Source: Candidatus Sericytochromatia bacterium (GTDB lineage: Bacteria > Cyanobacteriota > Sericytochromatia > S15B-MN24 > UBA4093). Taken from it: DNA of 64,000 bases. The stretch is taken from contig JAKFBU010000077.1 in NCBI GenBank assembly GCA_036676985.1, forward strand, positions 32,001 to 96,000, written 5' to 3'. Below, piece by piece: positions 9,461 through 19,357 of this stretch. A program made the translations under genes and the position numbers. Positions within the stretch are counted from its first letter, which is position 1, and every line of letters starts with the position of its first letter. Below the pieces are notes generated by a model that was not told the DNA's origin, did no database searches, and was given only the letters and a program-made list of their open reading frames with translations.

Positions 9461-9910
9461 CTAGACGCTCGTCGGGATCGGGTGCTTCTCCTCGAAGCAG
9501 ATCACCTTGGCGAAGGTGTCGAGCTCCGTCCGCCCCGGGGCCACCCCTTCGCGCAGTTGGGTCAGGAAGGCGAGCAGCTCGGGCTCCTCAGGCGGCGTGA
9601 GCAGGAATCGGCGCTTGAAGGCCGCGACCTCTTCGGGCGAACGCGGGGCCTGGTGCTGGCGGACCCAGGAGGCGATCTCGTGCTCGTCCTTGCCGGCCTT
9701 GATCTCGGCGGCGAGGGCGTCGGTGTCGAGCTGGTAGAAGCCGATGAACGCGCGGTCCATGCCGCAGGGGTAGGCGGCGTACTCCCCGTTGGTGCCGGCG
9801 AAGTAGGCGCGGGCCTTGTCGATGAGACGCGGGAGCCAGACGTAGCCGGCCACTTCCACGAACGGGCTGCGGGGGACGTCCTTGGTCAGGTCCAGTGCAG
9901 TTTGAGGCAT
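9461..9910 (-). CDS. DUF5069-like protein
   Basis: DLTKDVPRSP..GYVWLPRLIDKARA..GEY.YPCGMD signature. Confidence 0.8.
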   Translation of the reverse strand: MPQTALDLTKDVPRSPFVEVAGYVWLPRLIDKARAYFAGTNGEYAAYPCGMDRAFIGFYQLDTDALAAEIKAGKDEHEIASWVRQHQAPRSPEEVAAFKRRFLLTPPEEPELLAFLTQLREGVAPGRTELDTFAKVICFEEKHPIPTSV

Positions 9911-9992
9911 GGAGGTTCCTTTCGACGTTGCATGAGGCGCTTGCCCCGAGAGGGCTCGGTCGTTACTATAAGGTTCTGGTGAGAAAAGTAAA

Positions 9993-10014
9993 GTAGGTAC
10001 CCAAAAGTAACTAC
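9993..10014. promoter_or_regulatory. Putative HxlR-family operator
   Basis: Inverted repeat GTAGGTAC-CCAAAA-GTAACTAC between the divergent DUF5069-like gene and HxlR gene. Confidence 0.6.
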
Positions 10015-10035
10015 GAGACCGAGAGGAGCGACCGC

Positions 10036-10419
10036 ATGGGACAGCCGACAGAACCCGCCGCCGCGTGCCCGATGGGTGAGCTGATGCGCCTCTTGACGGG
10101 CCCCTGGACCATGTACATCCTCTGGATCCTGCGTCAGAACGGGCCGACCCGCTTCGGGGAGCTCAAGCGCCAGATCGCGGGCATCTCGAGCAAGGTCCTG
10201 ACCGAGCGCCTGCGAATGCTCGAGGCGGCGCGCCTCATCTACCGAGCCTACGAGCCCTCCGTGCCGCCCCAGGTCACCTATGGCCACACCGAGCGCATGG
10301 ATGATCTCGCGCCCGTCCTGGACCAATTCTTCGCGGTCGCCCTGCGCTGGTACGCCGAGGATCATGATGGCGCGCTGCCGGCGCCCCCGCCCCTCCTCGC
10401 GTCGGAACGGGCCGGCTAG
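10036..10419 (+). CDS. HxlR family winged-helix transcriptional regulator
   Basis: N-terminal CP, WTMYIL, RFGELKRQIAGISSKVLTERLRMLE, PPQVTY. Confidence 0.92.
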   Translation: MGQPTEPAAACPMGELMRLLTGPWTMYILWILRQNGPTRFGELKRQIAGISSKVLTERLRMLEAARLIYRAYEPSVPPQVTYGHTERMDDLAPVLDQFFAVALRWYAEDHDGALPAPPPLLASERAG

Positions 10420-10421
10420 CC

Positions 10422-10694
10422 ATGGCCGAAGGTCCCGCCAAGCAGTCAAGACACCAGGCCGAGTACCTGGTCCGCGAGCTCTATCGGGCGCGCCATGGCG
10501 ACGTGCCCTACGAGCCCCACCGCGAGATGAAGGGCCACCGCCTGCACACGGCCATGAAGGCCTTCGCCGAGCTGCCCTTCAAGGACGCGGAGCGCGATCG
10601 CCACCTCAAGCTGTACATGAACGACTGGGACGACCCGACCTACGGCGGGCTGGTCCGGTACCTCGCCGTCCTCCTGGCGCGCCGCGGCACCTAG
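10422..10694 (+). CDS. Hypothetical protein
   Basis: 90-aa ORF with genome-typical codon usage, tightly packed between HxlR gene and hrpB. Confidence 0.65.
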   Translation: MAEGPAKQSRHQAEYLVRELYRARHGDVPYEPHREMKGHRLHTAMKAFAELPFKDAERDRHLKLYMNDWDDPTYGGLVRYLAVLLARRGT

Positions 10695-10736
10695 CGAGCC
10701 CGCGCCCATGCGCGCCTGTGGTACCATGACGTCCCG

Positions 10737-13163
10737 ATGACCAGCTCACTTCCCGTTCTCGCGCATGCCGACGCCATCCGCGCGGCCGTCCGCGACCATC
10801 GCCGCCTCATCCTCTCGGCCCCGCCCGGCACCGGCAAATCGACCCAGGTGCCGCAGATCCTCATGCCGGCGGACGGTACGGCCGTCGTCCTGCAGCCCCG
10901 CCGCATCGCGGCGCGCAGCCTCGCGACCCGGGTCGCCGCCGAGTGCGGCGAGCCCGTCGGTCAGACCGTCGGCTTCCAGGTTCGCTTCGAGCGGGCGAGA
11001 CAGGACAGCACGAAGCTGCTCTTCGCTACCTACGGCGTCTTCTGGCAGCAACTCTTGCAAGACCCGACCCTGCCCGGCGTCTCGCTCGTCATCCTCGACG
11101 AGTTCCACGAGCGTACCCTGGAGGCGGACGCGTGTCTCGCATGGCTGCGGCGCCTGCAGCTCGGAGCGCGTCCGGATCTGGCGCTGGTGGTCATGTCGGC
11201 GACCCTGGAGGGCGAAGCGCTGTCCGGCCTGCTCGAAGCGCCGCCCTTCCTCGAGATCGACGCCCGGCCCCATCCGGTGGGCATCGACTACCAGGCCCCG
11301 CAGCCGCAGGAGCCCGTGTGGCAGCAGGCGGCGCGGGCCTTCCGGCACCTGACGGCGACGGGCGACGAGGGCTCGGTCCTCGTGTTCATGCCGGGGGTGG
11401 GCGAGATCCGCCGGACGGCGGACGCCCTGGAGCCCGCCTGCCGTCAGCGCGGCTACACGATCCTCGAGCTGAGCGGAGCACAGAGCCCGGAGGCGCAGCA
11501 GCGGGCCCTCAGCCTGCCGTCCGAGGCGCCGTGCGTCATCGTCTCGACCAACGTAGCGGAGACCTCGCTCACCATCCCGGGCGTCACGGCCGTCATCGAC
11601 TCGGGGCTGTTGCGCCAGGCGGCCTACGACTCCGAGCGGGACCTCGACACCCTGCACCTGGGCCTCATCAGCCGACAGAGCGCCACCCAGCGCGCCGGCC
11701 GCGCGGGACGCCTGGGACCGGGGCGCTGCGTGCGACTCTGGGCCCGGAGCCTGGAGTCGAGCATGCCCGAGGCCTTCGCACCCGAGATCGAGCGGCTGGA
11801 CCTCGGTCGCCTGGCCCTGGCCTGCGCTGCCCTGCCCGAGCCGCCCGTGTGGCTCACGCCGCCGCCGGGCGATCGCTGGCAGCGGGCCCAGGATCGCTTG
11901 CTCGGCCTGGGGGCCGTGACCCCGGAGCAGCGCCTCACGCCGCTCGGCCGGAAGATCTTGCGCCTTCCGTTGCCGCCCGCGCTCGCACGGGTGCTCCTGG
12001 CCGCCCAGGAGGCGGGGCATGCCACTCTGTGCGCGGCCATGATCGCCCTCATGGAGGCCGCCGATCGCCGGAGTCTCGCGGACGACGGTGACCTGTACCG
12101 CCTGGGCCTGGACCTCGTGCGCCAGGGCCGGCGCTTCGACCGGGAGGTGGTCGAGACCTATCGCCAGCTGCTGCGCCTGGCGAAGCCCGATGCGGCGGAT
12201 GAAGCGCGGGCCGAGGCCGTGCATCCCCTCGACTCCCCGGACGAGCTCGCGCGCCGCCGGGCGGTGACGAGCTGCTGGCTCCAGGCCTTCGCGCATCGGC
12301 TCGCGTTCCGGCAGGACAAGGCCTACCAGCTCTCGGACGGGCGCAAGGGGCTGGTCTCTGCCGGGCAGCCCGGGGGATCCTTGCTTCTCGCCCTCGAACT
12401 CCACGAAGTGGGCGGGGCCAATCAGAACCGTCAGGTCAGCATTCCGATCTACTTGCCGTGCGAGCCCGACTGGGTGCCCGGCGAGGGGGAGCCCGTGACG
12501 GTGTGCACCTGGGAGGCGGCGAAGGGCCGCGTGGTCCAGGAGCGGCACTGGCGGCTCGGGGGATTGACCCTGCGGCGCGAGGTCCTGCCGCCCGCCGAGT
12601 GGGAATGGGATCAGGCCGAGGCCCTGATGGTCGAGAAGCTGCTCTCCGGGGAGGCCCGGCTCGACGCCTTCGATGAGAGCGTCGAGCAGCTGGTGCGCCG
12701 GATCGAGCTCGCCGCCAAGGCCTGGCCCGAGGCGGGCCTGCCGCGCCTGGACGACGAGGACTGGCGGCTCTTGTACCACGAGCTGTGTCGCGGCCGGACG
12801 GGGCTCGGGGACATCGCCCCGACGGATCTCGTGAACTTGTTGCACGAGTACGTGGGCTGGGAGGCCATGGGACGGCTCGATCGCGAGGCGCCGCGGACCT
12901 TCAAGCTGCCCTCGGGGCGCAATGCGCGGATCACCTACCTCGAGGGGGCGCCGCCCGAGCTCTCGGCCCGGCTCGGCGACATGATCGGCCTGACCGGCAC
13001 CATGCACCTCTACGAGGGGCGGGTCCAGGTGCTGTTCGACATCCTCGCGCCCAACTTCCGGACGGTGCAGAAGACCTTCGACATGACGAGCTTCTGGCAG
13101 AACACCTACCCCGAGGTGAAGAAGGAGCTCAAGCGGCGGTATCCCAAGCATCCTTGGCCCTAG
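10737..13163 (+). CDS. hrpB: ATP-dependent helicase HrpB family
   Basis: APPGTGKST, QPRRIAAR, DEFH, MSAT, TNVAETSLTI, QRAGRAGR; C-terminal FWQNTYPEVKKELKRRYPKHPWP. Confidence 0.9.
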   Translation: MTSSLPVLAHADAIRAAVRDHRRLILSAPPGTGKSTQVPQILMPADGTAVVLQPRRIAARSLATRVAAECGEPVGQTVGFQVRFERARQDSTKLLFATYGVFWQQLLQDPTLPGVSLVILDEFHERTLEADACLAWLRRLQLGARPDLALVVMSATLEGEALSGLLEAPPFLEIDARPHPVGIDYQAPQPQEPVWQQAARAFRHLTATGDEGSVLVFMPGVGEIRRTADALEPACRQRGYTILELSGAQSPEAQQRALSLPSEAPCVIVSTNVAETSLTIPGVTAVIDSGLLRQAAYDSERDLDTLHLGLISRQSATQRAGRAGRLGPGRCVRLWARSLESSMPEAFAPEIERLDLGRLALACAALPEPPVWLTPPPGDRWQRAQDRLLGLGAVTPEQRLTPLGRKILRLPLPPALARVLLAAQEAGHATLCAAMIALMEAADRRSLADDGDLYRLGLDLVRQGRRFDREVVETYRQLLRLAKPDAADEARAEAVHPLDSPDELARRRAVTSCWLQAFAHRLAFRQDKAYQLSDGRKGLVSAGQPGGSLLLALELHEVGGANQNRQVSIPIYLPCEPDWVPGEGEPVTVCTWEAAKGRVVQERHWRLGGLTLRREVLPPAEWEWDQAEALMVEKLLSGEARLDAFDESVEQLVRRIELAAKAWPEAGLPRLDDEDWRLLYHELCRGRTGLGDIAPTDLVNLLHEYVGWEAMGRLDREAPRTFKLPSGRNARITYLEGAPPELSARLGDMIGLTGTMHLYEGRVQVLFDILAPNFRTVQKTFDMTSFWQNTYPEVKKELKRRYPKHPWP

Positions 13164-13260
13164 GCCGAGGTCATCATGCCCCAAGTTGGCGCTCCCGGGA
13201 AGTTGTTGCGCTACACTGGAGGCCGTGCCGGACTCCCGAGACTAGAAGGTAGGCCTTTCG

Positions 13261-13809
13261 ATGGAATCAGCGCGTCAACTGGACCATGCGACCCTGGGCG
13301 GCGGGTGCTTCTGGTGCCTGGAGGCCGTCTTTCAGCACCTCCGCGGCGTCGAAAGCGTCGTCTCGGGCTACGCCGGCGGTCACGTGGCCGACCCGACCTA
13401 CGAAGAGGTCTGCCGCGGCACCACCGGCCACGCCGAGGTCGTCGACGTGACCTTCGATCCGTGCGTCCTCGACTACCGGGACCTGCTGCGGGTCTTTTTC
13501 ACCATTCACGATCCGACCACCCTTAACCGCCAGGGCGCGGACGTCGGCACCCAGTACCGCTCGGTCGTCTTCACGCGATCGCGCGAACAGGACATGGTCG
13601 CCCGCGAGGTCATCCAGGAGCTCGCCGACGCCAAGACCTTCGACCAGCCGATCGTGACCGAGGTGGCGGCCCTCAACACCTTCTATCCGGCCGAGGCCTA
13701 CCACCAGCACTACTTCGAGCGCAACCCCAGCCAGCCCTACTGCCAGGTCGTGGTCGCCCCCAAGGTCGCCAAGTTCCGCAAGGAGCACCTCGAGCGGCTC
13801 AAGCGCTAG
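13261..13809 (+). CDS. msrA: Peptide methionine sulfoxide reductase A
   Basis: GGGCFWC, TGHAEVV, HDPTTLNRQGADVGTQYRS, AEAYHQ. Confidence 0.96.
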   Translation: MESARQLDHATLGGGCFWCLEAVFQHLRGVESVVSGYAGGHVADPTYEEVCRGTTGHAEVVDVTFDPCVLDYRDLLRVFFTIHDPTTLNRQGADVGTQYRSVVFTRSREQDMVAREVIQELADAKTFDQPIVTEVAALNTFYPAEAYHQHYFERNPSQPYCQVVVAPKVAKFRKEHLERLKR

Positions 13810-14093
13810 TCCGGCAAGAGGTCGAAGATCTCCAGGTAGCGCCGGATGCGGGCTTCCAGGGTCGGGAGCGGGGCCACCTCGGCGCAGATCCAGTCGGGCT
13901 GGTAGTTGCGACAGACGGCCGGCCGCGTCTCGTAGATGCCGCAGAGCTGATCGGGCCCCAGGTGCGCGCACGGCACGCCCAGGGGCTTTTTGAGCGTGCT
14001 GATGTCCGGCGCCGCGCAGCAAGCGCCGCATGCCACGCACTGGTAGACGCCGGGGGCGGGGGAGACGTTCAGGGGGATGAGCGAATCGGCCAT
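13806..14093 (-). CDS. YkgJ family cysteine-cluster protein
   Basis: CVACGACC, PCAHL, CGIYETRPAVCRNY. Confidence 0.88.
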   Translation of the reverse strand: MADSLIPLNVSPAPGVYQCVACGACCAAPDISTLKKPLGVPCAHLGPDQLCGIYETRPAVCRNYQPDWICAEVAPLPTLEARIRRYLEIFDLLPD

Positions 14094-14195
14094 GCCCCCA
14101 TTATCCCGGATTTTCGGCCCGGCGCCACCGATCTAGGAGGACAAGCGACCCTTCTTGCGGTTACATGGCCAGGTGACCCATCCCCGGGAGGTGCC

Positions 14196-15596
14196 ATGTC
14201 CTTTCGAACCCTCGACCCCAGCAGCGGTGAGCTCGTCGCCGAGTTCCCCGCCATGAGCCCGACTGAGCTCGCAGCCGCCCTCGATCGAGCGGCTGCGGCG
14301 GCCCCGCGCTGGGCCGCCATGCCCGTCGCCGAGCGAGCGTCTCACGTGCGCGCCCTGGGCCGCGTGCTGCGCGATCGCCAGGCCGAGCTCGCCGGGCTCG
14401 CCACCCTCGAGATGGGCAAGCTCCTCAAGGAGGCCGCGGCCGAGGTCGAGAAGTGCGCCTGGGTCTGCGACTACTACGCCGAGCAGGGGCCGGAGTTCCT
14501 GAAGGATGAGGCGATCGCCTCCGATGCGCGCCGGAGCCTCGTGGCCTACGAGCCCCTGGGCACCCTCCTCGCCATCATGCCCTGGAACTTCCCGTACTGG
14601 CAGGTGCTGCGCTTCGCGGCCCCGGCCCTGGTCGCGGGCAACACCGTCCTGCTCAAGCACGCGCCCAACGTCCCCCGGTGCGCCCAGGCCATCGAGGCCG
14701 CGGCCCGCGAGGCCGGGCTGCCCGAGGGTGTGTTTCAGAACCTCATGATCGAAGTCGCAGACGTCGAGCGCGTGATCGCGGACCCGCGGGTGCATGCCGT
14801 CTCCCTGACGGGCAGCGTGGCCGCCGGTCGCAAGGTGGCCGCCATGGCGGGCGCGCACCTTAAGAAGACGGTGCTCGAGCTCGGAGGCTCGGATCCCTTC
14901 CTCGTGCTCGACGACGCGGACCTCGCGGGGGCCGTGCGCAACGCCGTGACGTCGCGCTTCCTCAATGCCGGGCAGAGCTGCATCGCGGCCAAGCGCTTCA
15001 TCCTGACGCCGGGCATCGCAGAGGAGTTCCTCGCCCGATTCCGGACGGAGGTCGAGGCCCTGCGACCGGGCGATCCCCGGGAAGCCGGCACCACGCTCGC
15101 ACCCATGGCGCGCGCCGACCTGCGCGACACCCTCCATGCCCAGGTCCGGGCGAGCCTCGAGCAGGGGGCCGTGGCCCTCACGGGCTGCGAGCCCCTGCCG
15201 GGACCCGGCTTCTACTACCGCCCGTCGATCCTGGACGGGGTCCGCCCGGGGATGCCCGCCTACGAGGAGGAGCTCTTCGGCCCCGTGGCCATCGTCCTGC
15301 GCGCCCGGGACGAGGAGGATGCGCTGCGGATCGCCAACGACACCTGCTTCGGCCTGGGCAGCAGCGTCTGGACCCGGGATCTGGAAAAGGGTGAGCGCCT
15401 GGCGCGCCGGATCCAGGCGGGCAGTGCCTTCGTCAACGGTATGGTGAAGAGCGATCCGCGCCTCCCCTTCGGCGGGATCCAGTGCTCGGGCTACGGACGC
15501 GAACTCTCGCGCCTCGGGATCCACGAGTTCGTCAACGCCAAGACCCTGTGGCTCGCGGCCGCTCCTGTATCAGGGGCCGTGGCGCCTGTCGAGTGA
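14196..15596 (+). CDS. NAD(P)-dependent succinate-semialdehyde dehydrogenase-like aldehyde dehydrogenase
   Basis: IMPWNFPYWQ, LTGS, ELGGSDP, NAGQSCIAAKR, EELFGP; ATG 14196 after GGAGG. Confidence 0.92.
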   Translation: MSFRTLDPSSGELVAEFPAMSPTELAAALDRAAAAAPRWAAMPVAERASHVRALGRVLRDRQAELAGLATLEMGKLLKEAAAEVEKCAWVCDYYAEQGPEFLKDEAIASDARRSLVAYEPLGTLLAIMPWNFPYWQVLRFAAPALVAGNTVLLKHAPNVPRCAQAIEAAAREAGLPEGVFQNLMIEVADVERVIADPRVHAVSLTGSVAAGRKVAAMAGAHLKKTVLELGGSDPFLVLDDADLAGAVRNAVTSRFLNAGQSCIAAKRFILTPGIAEEFLARFRTEVEALRPGDPREAGTTLAPMARADLRDTLHAQVRASLEQGAVALTGCEPLPGPGFYYRPSILDGVRPGMPAYEEELFGPVAIVLRARDEEDALRIANDTCFGLGSSVWTRDLEKGERLARRIQAGSAFVNGMVKSDPRLPFGGIQCSGYGRELSRLGIHEFVNAKTLWLAAAPVSGAVAPVE

Positions 15597-16606
15597 GGCG
15601 GAGCCGGCGGTGGGTGGTGGCGGCTGCGGGAGTCGTCGCCCTCGCGATGGGAGGTGTCCTGATGCAACGGTCCTTTCGGCATGATCCCGGGGCCGCGCCG
15701 CCCCCCAGCGAACGGGAGCGCCACTGGCAGCAGGAGCTGAGGCAAGACGTCGAGACGCTCGCTACCAGCATCGGCGAGCGGAACGTCCGCCATCCCGAGC
15801 GCCTGGAGGCCACGGCGCGGTGGCTGGAGCAGCGGTTCGCCGCGGTGGGTCTCGAGCCCGTTCGTCAGGCCGTTCCGTGGGACGATCGGACCTACTACAA
15901 CGTCTTGGCCGAGCGGAAGGGGTACGGGCGCCCGGAGGCCGTCGTCGTGGTGGGGGCGCATTACGACTCCGTGGAGGGGACGCCGGGCGCGGACGACAAC
16001 GCGTCGGGCGTGGCGGCGCTCCTCGCCCTGGCCGGGGCGCTCGCTACCGAGCGCCCTGTGGCGACCGTGCGCTTTATCGCGTTCGTGAACGAGGAGTCGC
16101 CTGCCTTCCAGTCGGAGGCGATGGGTAGCTGGATCGCCGCCAAGGCGAGTCGCCGAGCGGGTGAGCAGGTCCTCGGCATGTTGAGCCTGGAGACCCTCGG
16201 CTACTACTCGGACGATCCGGACAGTCAGCGATTTCCCGACCCAGAGCTGGCGCGTCGCTATCCGACGACCGGCAACTTCCTCGCCTGCGTGGCGAACGAC
16301 GCCTCGCGCGACCTGCTCACCCGGACGCTCGCGGCCTTTCGCGCCGCATCCGCGCTACCGGTCGAAGGGGCCGTGCTCCCGGCCGAGTTGCCTGGCGTGA
16401 GCTGGTCGGATCACTGGTCTTTCTGGGCGGAGGGCTATCCGGCCCTCATGGTGACGGACACGGCGCCCTTCCGGAACCCTCACTACCACTTGGCCTCGGA
16501 CAGGCCCGAGACCCTGGATTACGTTCGAATGGCACGGGCGGTGACGGGGCTCGAGGCCGTTATCAGGGCGCTATCGGGCGTGTCCGAGGGGGAATCCGGG
16601 CGTTGA
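15593..16606 (+). CDS. M28 family metallopeptidase
   Basis: GAHYDS, GADDNASG, NEE, SDH, HYH; GTG start overlapping the upstream stop is tentative. Confidence 0.87.
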   Translation: MRRSRRWVVAAAGVVALAMGGVLMQRSFRHDPGAAPPPSERERHWQQELRQDVETLATSIGERNVRHPERLEATARWLEQRFAAVGLEPVRQAVPWDDRTYYNVLAERKGYGRPEAVVVVGAHYDSVEGTPGADDNASGVAALLALAGALATERPVATVRFIAFVNEESPAFQSEAMGSWIAAKASRRAGEQVLGMLSLETLGYYSDDPDSQRFPDPELARRYPTTGNFLACVANDASRDLLTRTLAAFRAASALPVEGAVLPAELPGVSWSDHWSFWAEGYPALMVTDTAPFRNPHYHLASDRPETLDYVRMARAVTGLEAVIRALSGVSEGESGR

Positions 16607-16663
16607 CGCCGAACTCGATGGGAGTAGGCTGAGGTCGGCGCTTTAGAAACCAGGAGGCTCCCC

Positions 16664-16825
16664 ATGAGCGATACCCATCCGAAACCCGAGCCCGGGCGAA
16701 ACGTCCCATACGAACCCTCGCGCGAGGAGCTGGGCCCCCAGTTCTTTGCGACCCTCACGGTGGGCCAGGGCGTCGACGACCGGACCGCCAAGGACGCGGG
16801 AGAGAACCCCGAGGCGCGGATCTAG
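16664..16825 (+). CDS. Small hypothetical protein (53 aa, not in ORF track)
   Basis: AGGAGG RBS, ATG, GC3-rich codons: MSDTHPKPEPGRNVPYEPSREELGPQFFATLTVGQGVDDRTAKDAGENPEARI. Confidence 0.55.
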   Translation: MSDTHPKPEPGRNVPYEPSREELGPQFFATLTVGQGVDDRTAKDAGENPEARI

Positions 16826-16909
16826 ACCTCAGGCCCTTGGCTCAAGCAACCAATGTCTCGAATTGAAAGGCGCCCCCGGATTCCCGGTGGCGCCTTCGAC
16901 TTGGTCCGA

Positions 16910-17425
16910 CTAGCGGCTCAGGATGCCCGTGGCGGTGGCCACCCACGCGGGATGTCGGGTTTCGAGCTGCTGCCACAAGGCGAGCACGTCCTCGGAAACG
17001 GCGCGCCGATCGGCGGCGGGCAGGTTCAGGACCCCTTCCGCCTTCTCTTGCTGGCTTCCCTGCTTGTGCAGGGCCTGGCGCAGGGTGGGGTGCTCGGTGA
17101 GCAGCTCGCGGTACCAGCCGTTGACGTCCTCGGCGATCGCCCGCCGCTCCTTGGCCGGCAGCGCCTGATACGCCTTGCCCAAGGAGTTGAGCTTGGTGGC
17201 CGTGACGGGGACCCAGGCCTCGGTCTTGGCCGCGACCTCGGGATACCGCTCGTGAAGCTTGGCCGCGAGCGCCGTCTGGTCCTCGGGGGCGAGCTGGTGG
17301 TGCCGCATGGCCGCCGTGACGGCTTGATCCTTGGCGAAGGCCAGCGTGGCCGGCCCATAGGTGGCAAGGCCCCAGGCGCCGCCGGCGGCAAGCGCGATCG
17401 CCAGGATCGCGGTACGTAAACGCAT
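16910..17425 (-). CDS. Hypothetical exported helical protein
   Basis: N-terminal hydrophobic signal/anchor; internal repeat LPAKERRAIAEDV / LPAADRRAVSEDV. Confidence 0.7.
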   Translation of the reverse strand: MRLRTAILAIALAAGGAWGLATYGPATLAFAKDQAVTAAMRHHQLAPEDQTALAAKLHERYPEVAAKTEAWVPVTATKLNSLGKAYQALPAKERRAIAEDVNGWYRELLTEHPTLRQALHKQGSQQEKAEGVLNLPAADRRAVSEDVLALWQQLETRHPAWVATATGILSR

Positions 17426-17458
17426 GATTGCGCTCCTCTCTAGGCGAAAGGGCAGAGT

Positions 17459-18361
17459 CTACCGTGGTTCCGGGCTGGTCACAACAAGGGAGTGACCGTC
17501 CGCCACGGCGGCTGCGGCCGGCTGCACCTGCGTGCGCCACACGAGGTAGAACGCGCACAGGATGATGAGCCCCGCACCCGCCGCCCCCATCCAGGTGAGG
17601 CCTTCGCCGAGCATGAGCCACGCGGCCACTGCCGCCACCGGCGACTCGAGCAGGAAGACGACGCCCGCCACGTGCGGCGGATAGGAGCGCTGCACCCAGG
17701 GCTGGAGCACGAAGGCCAACAGCGTGCTGATGAGCGTCAGGTAGAGGAGACCGGCAATCGGCAGGAAGCCGAGGCTGCTGATGCTCGGCGGGCCCTCCAT
17801 GAGCCAGGCGAACGGCAGGCCGATCACCCCGACGGCCATCACCTGGGCCAGGCCGAAGGAGAGCAGGTCGGGCACGGTGCGGGTGCAGCGGTCGAGCCAG
17901 AGGATGTGGAGGGCGCTTGCGATCGCGCAGCCGAGCGTGAGCAGGTCGCCCACGTTGAGACCTGCCAGGTCGAGGTTGCACATGAGCCCCACGCCGACCA
18001 GGGCCAGCGTGAGGACGAGCCACTCGGCGGCCCGCACCCGGTGCCGCAGGAACAGGGCGCCGATGGTCGGGATGAACATGGCGTAGGTCGCCGTGATGAA
18101 GGCGCTCTTGGCCACGGTCGTATACCCGAGACCCATGGTCTGCAGCGCGAGACACGTGAAGAGCAGCGCCCCCCCGATGAAGGCTTCCTTCCACGCGCCA
18201 AAGCGGCGCCACGGGAAGAACGGAGCCGCCAGGAGGCCCGCGAGCAGGAAGCGCAGCTCGGTGAGCCAGACGGGTTCCAGCCCCAAGAGCGCCCAACGCA
18301 TGGCGATGAAGGCAATGCCCCATACGGTGGGGATCATGAACAGGGTCAATAACCGGAGCAC
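17459..18361 (-). CDS. DMT/EamA family transporter
   Basis: About 10 TM, WGIAF, GLGYTTVAKSAFIT, GDLLTL, LESPVAA. Confidence 0.9.
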   Translation of the reverse strand: MLRLLTLFMIPTVWGIAFIAMRWALLGLEPVWLTELRFLLAGLLAAPFFPWRRFGAWKEAFIGGALLFTCLALQTMGLGYTTVAKSAFITATYAMFIPTIGALFLRHRVRAAEWLVLTLALVGVGLMCNLDLAGLNVGDLLTLGCAIASALHILWLDRCTRTVPDLLSFGLAQVMAVGVIGLPFAWLMEGPPSISSLGFLPIAGLLYLTLISTLLAFVLQPWVQRSYPPHVAGVVFLLESPVAAVAAWLMLGEGLTWMGAAGAGLIILCAFYLVWRTQVQPAAAAVADGHSLVVTSPEPR

Positions 18362-18516
18362 GGGTGCCTCCTAGCCATGGGCCTGTGCGCCAGCTTGCAA
18401 CGGCCTTGTTTACTAGCTTAGCAGCTGCTCGAGAGGATTGCATCCCCGGCGGCAACCGGAAAGGTTCGACCCTCGGCGAGCGATAAGAAGACTACCCCCG
18501 GTACCTCGGAGCCACC

Positions 18517-19353
18517 ATGCCCAGAACGCTCGTCGCCGCCCTCCTGCTCGTCCTGCTCGCCGGCTGCAGCCATCCGCTGCCGAACGGCCTGGCGGGCGAT
18601 CGCGCCACGGGGGCCACCGCGCACGATCGGGCCCTCGCTCCGAGCTACCGGTTCATCCTCGGCAAGCGTCGCCCCGAGCTCGCCCAGACCGCCTTTCTGG
18701 CGGCCATGGCGGCGCGCTGGCTGCCGGCCGTTACCGCCATGCAGGCCCCCGATGGCCTCACCGGCTACGTGTCGGCCGTGCCGCCCGCCGCCGAGACCGG
18801 CCTGCCGGACGAGGTGGCGCTTGCGGTCTACGCGTCCGAGGCCGCTTATCTGCGCACCTGGGACACGGCAGCCGGACGGGACGCCACCACGCTCGCAGCG
18901 ACCCTCTTCGACCCCACGAATACCCGTACGACGCGGGTCGTGCCGCTTCCGGGAGGCTTGGTCGCGGGGGACGCCTGCGATGCCCTCGGGGCCCCGGTCG
19001 ACTGGCAGCAGGGCTTCACGACCTTCTTCATCGGCCGGCGGCACGACGACCTCTCCTCGGCCGACTTCCTGCGGAGCCTGCATGCCCAGGTGGACCGCGA
19101 GCGCGCCGCCTTCGGCCCCCATGGCCTGCGCGGCTACGTCTTCATGGCGACCCGGGATCACAAGCTCTCGTTCATGAACTGGCCCGACATGGCCACCTTC
19201 GGCCGGGCCATGGCCTCACCCGAGGGACAGGAGGTGGCCGCCGACTCCAGGCGCCTCATGCGCACGGTGCAGTTCGCGGGTGCCACGGGCTTCCGCGGGA
19301 CGGTCGAGGCCGGCAAGGCGGTCCGGCTGGAAGGAGCGGGGCTGGACCCGTAG
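18517..19353 (+). CDS. Hypothetical lipoprotein
   Basis: Lipobox LLAGC; typical codon usage; no family recognised. Confidence 0.7.
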   Translation: MPRTLVAALLLVLLAGCSHPLPNGLAGDRATGATAHDRALAPSYRFILGKRRPELAQTAFLAAMAARWLPAVTAMQAPDGLTGYVSAVPPAAETGLPDEVALAVYASEAAYLRTWDTAAGRDATTLAATLFDPTNTRTTRVVPLPGGLVAGDACDALGAPVDWQQGFTTFFIGRRHDDLSSADFLRSLHAQVDRERAAFGPHGLRGYVFMATRDHKLSFMNWPDMATFGRAMASPEGQEVAADSRRLMRTVQFAGATGFRGTVEAGKAVRLEGAGLDP

Positions 19354-19357
19354 CCCC

